Source: an uncultured Methanosarcinales archaeon (GTDB taxonomy: Archaea; Nanobdellota; Nanobdellia; Woesearchaeales; UBA11576). Taken from it: a stretch of 64,000 bases of DNA. Shown in pieces: positions 29,551 to 38,653 of this stretch (the first letter of the stretch is position 1; each line of letters opens with the position of its first letter). Position numbers and translations under genes: made by a program. The DNA lies in assembly GCA_964406185.1 (NCBI GenBank), contig CAYOQS010000002.1, positions 146,998 through 210,997 of the forward strand. The letters are read 5' to 3'. A model generated the notes under the pieces. The model saw only the letters and a list, made by a program, of their open reading frames with translations. It was not told the DNA's origin and did not search any database.

Positions 29551-29711
29551 AGCGCGCGCTTTCTGGTTTTTGTAGGATACCCTATTTTACAGGGTGAGCT
29601 GTGCGTCGTCTCATTTTTGGGACGACAAGACTATAACAAAATACATGTTCAGCACGACAAATGCTTATAAGCTGACCATCACACTTTTCCAAAAAATTTA
29701 AGGGTGATACT

Positions 29712-30539
29712 ATGGACAGGTTCCAGGAAGATTTTGCTGTGAAGCTCGCCTCTTCTGAGGGCGATCCTCTTTTCTTCGGTTCTAACCTGAAGCTTAAGGA
29801 CGGGCGTGAGACTCCTTACTTCGTGAACATCGGTGGTTTTCTCCAGTCTGCTGTAGGGCTGTGGACGATAGGGCATTATTTCAGCAGCATGACAGACAAG
29901 CTGATGAAGGAGAGGCAGCTGCCTGTGGATATGATCGCAGGGCCTTCTTACAAGGCAAGCTCTATAGCTGTGGCTGCTGCGATGGACCTTTTCAACTCAC
30001 ATAATGAAAACTGCGGTGTAGTGTATGACAGGAAGGAGGTTAAGGCGCACGGCGACGCGAGCGGCAAGGGCACGATGTTCGTGGGCGCGAAGTTCTACGA
30101 CGGGTGCAACGTGCTTGTCGTCGATGATGTCGGCACTTCCATGCGCACCAAGATTGATTTCATCGACAAGATCAGGGCAGAGGCTGAGGCCAGCAGCATA
30201 GATGTCAGGGTGTCTGGTGTACTTATCGGTGTTGACCGTGAGCAGGTCGGTCCTGTCTACAGGGAAGGTTACGACCCTGCTGTTCATTCAGGTGAGAATT
30301 CTGAATGGGTGATTCACGGGAAGCGTGGCGAGGACGCGATCGCAAGATTTACCGAGGAGACTGGCGTTCCGGTTTTCTCTGTTTTGGGCGTGAGGGAGCT
30401 GATGCAGTACTACGCTGACAAGAGGCTGGACGTCCCCTTCAGGCTGAGCGACGGGAAGTTTGAGAGGGTTACCGTGACTCCGGAGTTTCTTGAGGAGAAG
30501 TTTGAGCCTTACATGGAGAAGTACGGAGCAAAGAGGTGA
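29712..30539 (+). CDS. pyrE: orotate phosphoribosyltransferase-like type I PRTase
   Basis: FGSNLKLKDGRETPYFVNIGGF and PRPP motif VLVVDDVGTSMRT. Sits in a pyr gene context. TATA GCTTATAAGC and SD AAGGGTGA lie upstream. Confidence 0.65.
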   Translation: MDRFQEDFAVKLASSEGDPLFFGSNLKLKDGRETPYFVNIGGFLQSAVGLWTIGHYFSSMTDKLMKERQLPVDMIAGPSYKASSIAVAAAMDLFNSHNENCGVVYDRKEVKAHGDASGKGTMFVGAKFYDGCNVLVVDDVGTSMRTKIDFIDKIRAEAEASSIDVRVSGVLIGVDREQVGPVYREGYDPAVHSGENSEWVIHGKRGEDAIARFTEETGVPVFSVLGVRELMQYYADKRLDVPFRLSDGKFERVTVTPEFLEEKFEPYMEKYGAKR

Positions 30540-30543
30540 TATC

Positions 30544-32316
30544 TTGTCTGTAGAGGAGAGGCTCAGGATAAACGGGAAGCTGCCGAAGTCAAGGCTTGTG
30601 AGCGCTTCAGGATGCAGGATAACTTCTCTCGAGACCGTGCTTAACTATTCGGCGTGGAAGGATGGTTTCGGTATCTTCACGACGAAGAGCATAGGCCCTG
30701 AGCCCCGGCATGGCAACCACTCTCCTATCTACTGCGCTGATCCTGACAAAGGTGTCCGCGCGAGGCGCAATGCTGTGGGTCTTGCGAACCCGGGCCATGC
30801 TTATTTCAGGAAGGAGCTGGAGCGGTTGAGGGCTTCCTCGCCCGAGCTCAACGGCTCACTTCTTATGGGTTCTGTGTTTGGCAGTGACCTGGATGAGATC
30901 ACTGATGTGTGCGTCTCGATATCGGATCATGTCGACGCTATCGAGATCAACTTCTCCTGCCCGCATGCGAAGGGCTATGGTTTTGACACAGGTACTGACG
31001 CTGATGCCATGGCGGCGATAGTGCGCGCTGTCAGCACCATAACAGGCAGGGATATCTTTCCTAAGCTGTCGCCGAACCTTCCTGACGACGAGCTTGCCGC
31101 GATCGCCAGGTCCTGCGTCGATGCCGGCGCCAGGGGAGTGACTGTCATCAACACAGTTACTCCTGCAGAGACTTGCCTTCCGGGCACGGGATCCCCTGTC
31201 CTTTTCAACCGTGTCGGGGGTGGCTCGGGCAGTCACATACTTGAGCGCGGTCTCGACTGCGTCGGCATTGTGAGAGATGCTGTCGGCCCTGACCCTCTTA
31301 TCATCGGCATGGGCGGTGTGTATACCGGAAGTGATGCGAGGCAGTACATCGAGGCCGGCGCTGACTTTGTGGGTCTTGGGACTGTTATGGAGTTCATGAG
31401 CTCTGAGCTGCTGAGGCAGTACGTGTTCCGCATGAATTTTGACATCGACAACGATGCAGATACTGCAGAGCGTCTTCTCCCTTCCTGCAGCACTATCCAT
31501 TACGAGCCTTTTACCATAAGTGATATCGACGAGCGTTCAGATTCCATGAGGGTCTTTACTTTGGACCGCGGCCTCAGGTCAGGACCTGCGCAGTACGTCT
31601 TCCTTGCAGTGCCTGCTGACGATGAACGTCCGACGATGGAAGCGCCTTTCTCTGTCCCTGTGGACGACCCTCTCACCCTCGCGGTGAGGAGGTATCCCCG
31701 CAACGGCAGGAAGGATCATTTCACGTCGAGGCTTTGGGAGCTTGAGCAGGGCGGCAGAGTGTTTGTCCGTGGGCCTTATGGTGTCCCTTTCGGTTCAGAC
31801 CCCAACGGCAGGCTTGTGCTTGTGGGCGGCGGGACGGGTGTGGCCGCGCTCGCGTCGATAGCGAGGGATTACCGCAACCATCTTGCTTTCATCGGCGCAA
31901 AGACTGCTGGTGAGATACTCTTCTTCAACGAGTTCAAAAAGGGCAGGGTCGTGCCTGTTACTGAGGATGAGATCGTCGCTGTAGATGGCTACTGTCACGG
32001 TCTTGTCACTGACGTTTTTCGGGCGCGGGCTTTCCATAAGGATGGTTGCATGGGCAGGGTCGTCACCTGCGGCCCCCTGCCGATGATGGAGCGGGTCGTC
32101 GAGATCGCGATGAGGAAGGGCTTCCCTGCTGAGGACATCTTCGCGGTCATGGAGCCTTACATGAAGTGCGGCGTGGGCATCTGCGGTTCGTGCTCGCAGT
32201 ACGATGGATCTATCGCGTGCACTGATGGCCACATCCTCGACGGGAAGAGGTTCAGGCAGGCGCTCGAGGAGAGGAAGCTTAAGCGTGACGCGACAGGAGC
32301 GTGGGATCATGGTTGA
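30544..32316 (+). CDS. pyrD: dihydroorotate dehydrogenase fused to its electron-transfer subunit (PyrD-PyrK)
   Basis: N-terminal half NAVGLANPG, INFSCPH, GGV (class 1 DHOD). C-terminal half LVLVGGGTGVAALASI plus CGVGICGSCS (FAD/NAD and 2Fe-2S, PyrK). Start set at TTG 30544 after SD AAGAGGTGA. Confidence 0.8.
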   Translation: MSVEERLRINGKLPKSRLVSASGCRITSLETVLNYSAWKDGFGIFTTKSIGPEPRHGNHSPIYCADPDKGVRARRNAVGLANPGHAYFRKELERLRASSPELNGSLLMGSVFGSDLDEITDVCVSISDHVDAIEINFSCPHAKGYGFDTGTDADAMAAIVRAVSTITGRDIFPKLSPNLPDDELAAIARSCVDAGARGVTVINTVTPAETCLPGTGSPVLFNRVGGGSGSHILERGLDCVGIVRDAVGPDPLIIGMGGVYTGSDARQYIEAGADFVGLGTVMEFMSSELLRQYVFRMNFDIDNDADTAERLLPSCSTIHYEPFTISDIDERSDSMRVFTLDRGLRSGPAQYVFLAVPADDERPTMEAPFSVPVDDPLTLAVRRYPRNGRKDHFTSRLWELEQGGRVFVRGPYGVPFGSDPNGRLVLVGGGTGVAALASIARDYRNHLAFIGAKTAGEILFFNEFKKGRVVPVTEDEIVAVDGYCHGLVTDVFRARAFHKDGCMGRVVTCGPLPMMERVVEIAMRKGFPAEDIFAVMEPYMKCGVGICGSCSQYDGSIACTDGHILDGKRFRQALEERKLKRDATGAWDHG

Positions 32317-33586
32317 TGAAGGAAATATGATAGTGGAAGGTAAGTACCTGGACCCTTTGGGCGTTATGAAATACGGTCAGATAAGCATCGAGGGGGGCAT
32401 GATCGATGCTGTCGGCCGGCGTTCGGGCATTGCAGACCTGCGTTTCGGTGATGATTTTGTGATACTGCCCGGCTTCATAGATATCCACGTGCATGGCAGG
32501 CAGTTCGCTCTTCCGTGGCGTCCCGACGCGGACACTATCGAGAAGTATCAGGAGATGCTGAAGAAGGAGACGTTCAGCACGGTATGCGACGCCGCTGTGA
32601 ATGGTGGTGTTGTCGCGATCGGCCTGATGCCGAACGATCCTGTCCCTCCTTCCCGACCTGAATCTTACAGGGCAAAGGAGCTCCTTGCCGGCAGGGAGTG
32701 CACGATAGACCACGTGCTCTACGCGCTCATGACAGAGGATGTCGAGCCGTTCGGTGATGTGCCTTACAAGCTGTACACGCATGACTTCTCTCAGAGGGCT
32801 ATCAGGGATATGCTTCAGAGGTTTGCATCCCTGGATTATGATCCTTTGATATGTGTGCATGCTGAGAACAGGCAGGTATTGTCGCTCGACGACACCCGCC
32901 CTGCTGAGGCAGAGGTGCGTGACGTCGGCTTTGTGCTTGACCTTGCGGATAAGCACGGGCTCAGTGTGCATTTTGCCCATGTCTCGACAGCACGTGGGCT
33001 TGATCTGATAGTGCAGGCCAGACGACAGGGCACGAAGGTCTCGTGCGAGACAGCGCCGCATTACCTTTACTTCACGAAGGAAAGCGCGAAAGGGGTGCCT
33101 AACAGCGATTACATCTTCATGAAGCCTCCGTTGAGGGAGGATGCTGACCGTGAGCGTCTGCTTGAAGGTGTTGTCAGCGGCGAGATAGACTGCATCGCGA
33201 CTGATCACGCGCCCCACACTCCTGAGCAGAAGGATGCGGGCGCTTTCGGCATACCTGTGCTCGACAACTATACGCATTTCGTGGGCTGGCTGCTGCAGAA
33301 CAGGGTGAGTGAGAGGCGCGTCATCGAGGCGTGCTGTGGATGGCCGGGAAGGTTCGTCGGGCGCTACACAGGAGGGCGTTACGGAAGCATCAGCGAGGGG
33401 AGCGTAGGTTCTCTTGTCGTGCTTGGCAGGAAGGGCCAGGATGGGTTGGCGCACGAGCCGGTTAAGACGAAGTGCGGCTGGTCTGCGTTCCAGGGAGCGA
33501 AGCTCGGGGATGACTACCTCCTCTACGCGAACACGACGATAGTGAGAGGTGTTCCTCTGAAATACGGCCTGGATGATGCTGCTTAG
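32309..33586 (+). CDS. pyrC: dihydroorotase
   Basis: DIHVHGRQ and IATDHAPH metal-ligand motifs. Start moved to MVDEGNM, overlapping the pyrD-K stop by 8 nt. Confidence 0.85.
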   Translation: MVDEGNMIVEGKYLDPLGVMKYGQISIEGGMIDAVGRRSGIADLRFGDDFVILPGFIDIHVHGRQFALPWRPDADTIEKYQEMLKKETFSTVCDAAVNGGVVAIGLMPNDPVPPSRPESYRAKELLAGRECTIDHVLYALMTEDVEPFGDVPYKLYTHDFSQRAIRDMLQRFASLDYDPLICVHAENRQVLSLDDTRPAEAEVRDVGFVLDLADKHGLSVHFAHVSTARGLDLIVQARRQGTKVSCETAPHYLYFTKESAKGVPNSDYIFMKPPLREDADRERLLEGVVSGEIDCIATDHAPHTPEQKDAGAFGIPVLDNYTHFVGWLLQNRVSERRVIEACCGWPGRFVGRYTGGRYGSISEGSVGSLVVLGRKGQDGLAHEPVKTKCGWSAFQGAKLGDDYLLYANTTIVRGVPLKYGLDDAA

Positions 33587-33616
33587 TCAAAAAAAAGAAA
33601 GACGAGGTGTATTGAC

Positions 33617-35536
33617 GTGTCAGATGGTGTGAATCTTGAAGACAGGATGCGGGAAGGGCTGATAGATTTCAGCGACATACGTTCTTTTGAGGGCCGCGAT
33701 GTCCTGAGGATAGGTGATTTCAACCGTGATGAGATAACCTACGTGATGGAGGTCGCGAGGCTGATAGGCGCTGAGCACAGGAGGAACAGGCATGACCTGC
33801 GTGGTTTCGAGTTCAATGACCTGCTCGAAGGTCTTGTCGTCGGCACTAACTTCGCTGAGAACAGTTCCAGGACGCATGACAGCAGCTGGTTCGCTGCGGA
33901 GAACCTGGGCGCTCATGTCGTGCCTGTGAGGCGGAATGCTGAAGGCACGTCGAAGGCGAAGGGCGAGTCGATCGCTCATGACATGGCGGCGCTCCAGTCT
34001 TACGGCATCCACGCGGTGGTGATGCGGAACAGCCTTGAGGGCTCGCCTCAATGGACTGCTGATTATCTGCGCGAACTTGCGGCTTCGCATCCTGAGGATC
34101 TTTTCAAGCCGGTCATCATCAATGGGGGTGACGGCAGCCATGAGCACCCTACCCAGGCTTTCCTCGATCTTCTCAACCTTTACACGATATATGATGTCGA
34201 TTTTGAGGGGGGGTCGCGCAAGCCTTACGGTGAGCTCAGGCGTGATGATGTGCTCTCGGGCATGACGATGCTTGCTGTCGGCGACACTCTCAAGGGCAGG
34301 ACGTTCAAGAGCCTTGCCCGTGCGCTTGCTCAGTTCGAGGACAATGAGGTAGTGATAGTATCTCCTGAAGAGGTCAGGTCTCCGGAGGACGCGATCCTTG
34401 ACCTGAAGAAGCGCGGCCTCAAGGTAGGGGCATTTGATTCCATAGGGGAGGCTATCAAGTACGTGAACAGCAGGAACAGGAAGAGTTTTGTCTATGGCCT
34501 GAGGACGCAGGAGGAACGGCTCGATCCGAAGGTGTTTGAGAAGGTAAAAGGGCTTGTCAACCTGACTCCGGGACTGCTTGACATGTATGAAGGTACCAAT
34601 ATCCTGCCTATCATGCATCCGCTTCCCATGCACAAGGGCCATCCTGAGATCCACCCGTCTATAGACTTCCGCAAGGAGGCGGTGTATTTCAGGCAGATGG
34701 GGATGGGGCAGTTCGCCAGGATGGCATTGCTCGGACTGACCCTCGGCAGGATTAGTACGTGTGCCGACGAGGAGGGCAGGACTTACACTGATCCCCGTAT
34801 CAGGGAGAACGGCAGCAGGTTTGTGGAGCTTGACAGGCCGGAGCATAAGGATGACCGTGAGAGCATGATAATGACCCTTGCTGAAATTGTCAGGTCTGGG
34901 GAAGGGATTGGTTGTCTCAGGGATTATGTGGGTATGATGGCTGAAAGCAGGGATGGCAAGGATGATGCTTCCTTGGTCGATCAGTATGTTGAGCTGTTCG
35001 CAAAGCTTACCGACGGCGGCAGGGCTTTGGAGCTTCTCAGGCACTTCACTTTCCGTTTCAGGGAAGGCGAGGACGGTTTTGTCATAGATCATATCGAGAA
35101 CGGCAGGACCGGCCTGATAAAGTACCATCTTGACCTTTCCCACCAGATCGGCAGGAAGGGTTGTGACGGGAATCCTGTGGTCGTGTCTGCTGTCGATGGT
35201 CTTGACAGCAAGAAGTATGGTCTGAAAGGGGTCATAAAGATGAGGGGATATGAGATGCCTGCTGATGATGCGCTGCAGTACTGCCATCTTCTGTCTAAGA
35301 CTCCTGTGGTCGTGACGATGATTAAGGACGGAAGGCCTGTGAGGAAGTTCACGCCTAACAAGCCTTATGAGATCCGTGATTTCATACACTGCCCGAACCC
35401 ATTGTGCGTCTCGCGGCAGGAGCACAGCGAGCACGTTCCGACAGTGTTTTATAATGTCGGCGGTGATGATTACCAGTGCAGGTTCTGCGACACGGCAGTT
35501 CCGAGGGAGCGGTTCAGGCTGATAAAGACAGACTGA
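33617..35536 (+). CDS. pyrB: aspartate carbamoyltransferase catalytic chain fused to regulatory chain (PyrB-linker-PyrI)
   Basis: SSRTH (STRTR-like), HPTQAFLD and HPLP motifs in residues 1-375. PyrI-like GFVIDHIENG... and zinc domain CPNPLC...CRFC lie in residues 487-639. GTG start. Confidence 0.85.
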   Translation: MSDGVNLEDRMREGLIDFSDIRSFEGRDVLRIGDFNRDEITYVMEVARLIGAEHRRNRHDLRGFEFNDLLEGLVVGTNFAENSSRTHDSSWFAAENLGAHVVPVRRNAEGTSKAKGESIAHDMAALQSYGIHAVVMRNSLEGSPQWTADYLRELAASHPEDLFKPVIINGGDGSHEHPTQAFLDLLNLYTIYDVDFEGGSRKPYGELRRDDVLSGMTMLAVGDTLKGRTFKSLARALAQFEDNEVVIVSPEEVRSPEDAILDLKKRGLKVGAFDSIGEAIKYVNSRNRKSFVYGLRTQEERLDPKVFEKVKGLVNLTPGLLDMYEGTNILPIMHPLPMHKGHPEIHPSIDFRKEAVYFRQMGMGQFARMALLGLTLGRISTCADEEGRTYTDPRIRENGSRFVELDRPEHKDDRESMIMTLAEIVRSGEGIGCLRDYVGMMAESRDGKDDASLVDQYVELFAKLTDGGRALELLRHFTFRFREGEDGFVIDHIENGRTGLIKYHLDLSHQIGRKGCDGNPVVVSAVDGLDSKKYGLKGVIKMRGYEMPADDALQYCHLLSKTPVVVTMIKDGRPVRKFTPNKPYEIRDFIHCPNPLCVSRQEHSEHVPTVFYNVGGDDYQCRFCDTAVPRERFRLIKTD

Positions 35537-35604
35537 ACTTTTAAACAACACCCAAATCTTTTTATTTGTTGTTTTTTGTCTGATGGTTGTTTTTGGTGGG
35601 GGAT

Positions 35605-37053
35605 ATGGTATACCAATTGAGGCATAATTGTGGTTTTTGTGTTGCGCACAGCCTGGATGACGTGCATGAGATGATAGGCTATCTTCAGCATCGAGGAAGG
35701 GATGCTGTGGGCATCGCGTGCGTGGGCCATGACAGGATAGATGTCATAAAATGGGCTGGTGAGGTGGACCGGTTCGAGCTGAAGGATCTGCAGAACATCT
35801 TTCAGGGTCATAAGTACCATACGTATCTGGGTCATGTGAGGTACGCTACGCGGGGCAGGAAGGATATGATACTGCAGGACGCACATCCTCATGTGGTCGG
35901 CGGTGTGATGGAGGAGAAGGGCAGTCATACGATAATATGGGATTGCGAGGCGGCGATAGTTCATAATGGCCAGATTAACAGGAGGTATCTGGGTTGTGTG
36001 GATGATTCTTCACTGGTTTCGGGTTGCGACAGCGAGGCGGCGCTTCATTTTTTCAGGGAGAAGCACGAGCCGTATTTCCTTGAGCACGTTCCTGGCGCTT
36101 ATTCGATGGCTGTGGCTGACAGGGACAGGAAGTATGTGATGGTCTTGCGCGATCCGTGGGGCAACCGTCCTGCATGTCTCGGGCAGAAGAACGGTAAGGT
36201 GGTTGTAGCCTCTGAAGACCATGCCATAAAGAGTGTGAAAGGCGGCGAGTTTAGGATGAACCTTGATCCCGGGAGTGTCTATTATATCTCTCCTGAAGGC
36301 GCTGTGAGTTCTAAGAAGATAGTGTTGTCGCAGGGCCGCTCCCATTGCTTCTTTGAGTGGAACTATCTTGCTCATCGTGATTCTATCATGGATGGCGTGT
36401 TTGTGGATCTCCTGAGGCGCAACCTGGGAAGGAGATGCGCTGAGGAATTCCCTTTAAAGGGTGCTAACGTAAAGGTTACTTATGTCCCGCGCTGTCCACA
36501 GTCTGCTGCAGAGGGTTATGCAGACACTCTAGGTCTTCCTCTTATACATTCATTCTACAAGATGAGGAAGACGCGCGCGTTCCAGGGTCCTGACAGCGAG
36601 GAGAGGAAGAACTCGATAAAGCACAACCTGTTCCTCAACTCTGCATATGCGGATGAGATGCGAGGCTCGGTTCTTGTCATTCTTGAGGACAGTACTGTAA
36701 GGGGGACCAACTCTTCGTGGGTCGCTGAGCTGGTGGAGTCTGCGGGCGTGGAGCATGCGATACTGATCAATTACACTCCTCCTATCGGTATTTTCGGGGA
36801 TGATGGTGTGAGGAGGGGTTGCACAGAGGGTGTTGACATGCCTCCTGAACCGCCCGTCGAAGAGATGTTTGTTGCAAGGGATGAGGAGAACGGCCGTAAC
36901 AGGACTGTCGAGGAGATCAGTGACATCGTGGGCATGGAGATGCGCTACCTCAGCGAGAACGCGATGCTTGAGGAGTTCGAGGCGCAGGGGATGTCACGCG
37001 AGAACCTCTGCACAAAATGCATCGGCGGGCAGGATCCTTTCCGTAAGCCTTAG
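35605..37053 (+). CDS. purF: amidophosphoribosyltransferase-like protein (class II GATase + PRTase)
   Basis: Short propeptide then the Cys nucleophile (MVYQLRHN-CGFCVA). PRPP loop VLVILEDSTVRGTNS. SD GGTGGGGG before the ATG at 35605. Confidence 0.7.
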   Translation: MVYQLRHNCGFCVAHSLDDVHEMIGYLQHRGRDAVGIACVGHDRIDVIKWAGEVDRFELKDLQNIFQGHKYHTYLGHVRYATRGRKDMILQDAHPHVVGGVMEEKGSHTIIWDCEAAIVHNGQINRRYLGCVDDSSLVSGCDSEAALHFFREKHEPYFLEHVPGAYSMAVADRDRKYVMVLRDPWGNRPACLGQKNGKVVVASEDHAIKSVKGGEFRMNLDPGSVYYISPEGAVSSKKIVLSQGRSHCFFEWNYLAHRDSIMDGVFVDLLRRNLGRRCAEEFPLKGANVKVTYVPRCPQSAAEGYADTLGLPLIHSFYKMRKTRAFQGPDSEERKNSIKHNLFLNSAYADEMRGSVLVILEDSTVRGTNSSWVAELVESAGVEHAILINYTPPIGIFGDDGVRRGCTEGVDMPPEPPVEEMFVARDEENGRNRTVEEISDIVGMEMRYLSENAMLEEFEAQGMSRENLCTKCIGGQDPFRKP

Positions 37054-37077
37054 GCGGTCTTGCCAAACAGCGTTACC

Positions 37078-37085
37078 TTTATAAA
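37078..37085 (+). promoter_or_regulatory. TATA box (TTTATAAA)
   Basis: 25 nt before the ATG at 37111. It lies inside the longer ORF-track call, which argues for the downstream leaderless start. Confidence 0.5.
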
Positions 37086-37110
37086 GAAAAACCATATCTT
37101 TGATTGCATC

Positions 37111-38286
37111 ATGGTATACGACCCTGCTGAGGACTCGTTCCTTATCCAGAAAGAGGTGAAGCGTCTTGCGAAGGGCCGCGTGCTTGACATGGGCACTGGT
37201 TCCGGCATCCTTGCAGAGACTGCTGCAAATTTGAATAAGGTTAAGTCTGTCCTGGGTGTGGACATCAAGAAGTCTTCTGTCGAGCACTGCAAGGAGAATG
37301 TCAAGCACCGCAAGGTCAGGTGGAAGGTGTCTGACCTTTTCTCAGGGATACCTAAGACCACGAAGTTCGACACTATAATCTTCAACCCGCCTTACCTTCC
37401 TGAGCAGGAGGGTGAGTTGTGGGAGCTGAAGACCGAGATCTCCGGAGGGAAGAAGGGTTTTGAGATGATCCAGCGTTTCTTTGACCATGTTAATGATTAC
37501 CTTCAGCCGAATGGGATCATACTTCTGCTGTTCTCGACCATAACCGGTAAGATGCGTGTGGAGGATATCATAGAGCAGCACATGATGGAGTTCGAGCCTC
37601 TCAACAAGCTGAATATCATGTTCGAGCAGCTTCACGTTTACAAGGTCATGAAGGGAAGGTTCAGGAAGCTTCTTGAGAAGAGGGGTGTGAGGAAGATACG
37701 CCCTCTTGCCAGGGGCCATCGCGGCCTGGTATTCACAGGCATGTGGCGTGGGAAGAAGATCTCCATCAAGCTCCAGCGGCAGGATATCGGCGCGAAAGGC
37801 ACTGTGGACAATGAGGTCAGGCAGCTGAAGAAGCTTAACAGGAAGGGCATCGGTCCTAAGCTGCGCTTCAGCGGCAAGGACTACTTTGCTTATGATTATA
37901 TCGACGGCAGGTTTATCCGCGGGTATTTTGACGATCCGAAGACAAAGAAGAAGGATGTGCTGAAGGTTCTGCGGGACGTGTTCGAGCAGATGTACACCCT
38001 TGACAAGATGGGGCTGAACAAGGAGGAGATGCACCATCCTGTGAAGCACATCATCGTGACGAGGAAGGGCAAGCCGGTGCTTGTCGATTTTGAGCGCTGC
38101 AAGCCGAAGAAGAAGGTGCATAACGTGACGCAGTTCGTGCAGTTCGTGATAAGCAGCAGGCTCATCCATCTGCTTGAGAAGCATAAGATAAGGATTGACA
38201 TGCTGGAGATGCTCCATCGCGCTCAGGCCTACAGCAAAAAGAAGAACCGCGAGAACTTCGACAGGATACTTGAACTTCTGAAATGA
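37111..38286 (+). CDS. HemK/Mtq2-like N5-glutamine methyltransferase fused to an atypical protein-kinase-like domain
   Basis: N-terminal VYDPAEDSFLI, VLDMGTGSG, IIFNPPYLP (NPPY). The C-terminal ~200 aa has a Gly-loop/Lys (GHRGLVFTGMWRGKKISIKL) and VLVDFERC, like small RIO/Bud32-type kinases. Confidence 0.7.
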   Translation: MVYDPAEDSFLIQKEVKRLAKGRVLDMGTGSGILAETAANLNKVKSVLGVDIKKSSVEHCKENVKHRKVRWKVSDLFSGIPKTTKFDTIIFNPPYLPEQEGELWELKTEISGGKKGFEMIQRFFDHVNDYLQPNGIILLLFSTITGKMRVEDIIEQHMMEFEPLNKLNIMFEQLHVYKVMKGRFRKLLEKRGVRKIRPLARGHRGLVFTGMWRGKKISIKLQRQDIGAKGTVDNEVRQLKKLNRKGIGPKLRFSGKDYFAYDYIDGRFIRGYFDDPKTKKKDVLKVLRDVFEQMYTLDKMGLNKEEMHHPVKHIIVTRKGKPVLVDFERCKPKKKVHNVTQFVQFVISSRLIHLLEKHKIRIDMLEMLHRAQAYSKKKNRENFDRILELLK

Positions 38287-38432
38287 ATCCTGATTCTTCG
38301 ATAAAAATATTCGAGCAAAGTCCTGACCGTAGCCGCCTGCTTTTTCAGTTTCGCTCTGCGATATAGGCAACGCACGCATATCAGCTTAGAATATGGCGCG
38401 TGCGTGGCGCTTGGAAACGTGTTTTCAAGTCT

Positions 38433-38466
38433 GATAATGCCGATGAGCTTGCGAGTCGGCATTATC
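38433..38466 (+). repeat. GA-motif hairpin element, copy 3
   Basis: GATAATGCCGATGAGC-tt-GCGAGTCGGCATTATC. Same flanks (TGATAAT...ATTATCTTT) and tandem G.A/A.G as copies 1-2. ATCCC/GGGAT is replaced by ATGCC/GGCAT, which is compensatory. Confidence 0.6.
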
Positions 38467-38622
38467 TTTAGCGCGAGAGTTTTCCGCAGGAAAACGGAGC
38501 AGGGCAGGACTTTGCGTCCTGCTGGCTTTGTAGCTGCGTGATACTGAACCGGAGCAGGGCGTGGCTTGGCAACAATTAACATAGGCAATGCAGCTGCGTA
38601 ACCTTCTTGTCTACTCCCAAGC

Positions 38623-38631
38623 TTTTATAAA
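38623..38631 (+). promoter_or_regulatory. TATA box (TTTTATAAA)
   Basis: 22 nt before the ATG at 38654. Confidence 0.5.
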
Positions 38632-38653
38632 CCATCATCTTTTTTTCTCGTCT

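Noticed and set aside
33620-35551. A 643-codon ORF antisense to pyrBI, with similar long antisense ORFs at 32279-33454, 37342-38379, 57916-59235 and 54417-55415.
   Set aside because: For the four I checked by coordinate arithmetic (33620-35551, 32279-33454, 37342-38379 and 57916-59235), the ORFs are in phase with the sense codons. They stay open simply because the sense genes avoid TTA, CTA and TCA codons. The 643-codon ORF ends exactly at the TCA second codon of pyrBI. The sense strands carry recognisable enzyme motifs; the antisense translations are low-complexity and Arg/His/Leu-rich.
38312-38326. GAGCAAAGTCC, resembling the RNase P RNA CR-I motif (GAGGAAAGUCC), with ACTGAACCGG at 38543 resembling CR-V.
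   Set aside because: The other conserved RNase P elements and a plausible P4 geometry are missing. GCAAAGTCCTG instead forms a perfect 11-bp complement with 38505-38515.
38441-38456. CGATGAG...CGAG in the GA hairpins, resembling a hammerhead (CUGAUGAG...CGAAAC) or a C/D-box K-turn.
   Set aside because: The CUGA and GAAA core nucleotides and a third stem needed for a hammerhead are missing. There is no 3-nt bulge or D box for a K-turn or C/D sRNA. Only the tandem G.A pairs are shared.
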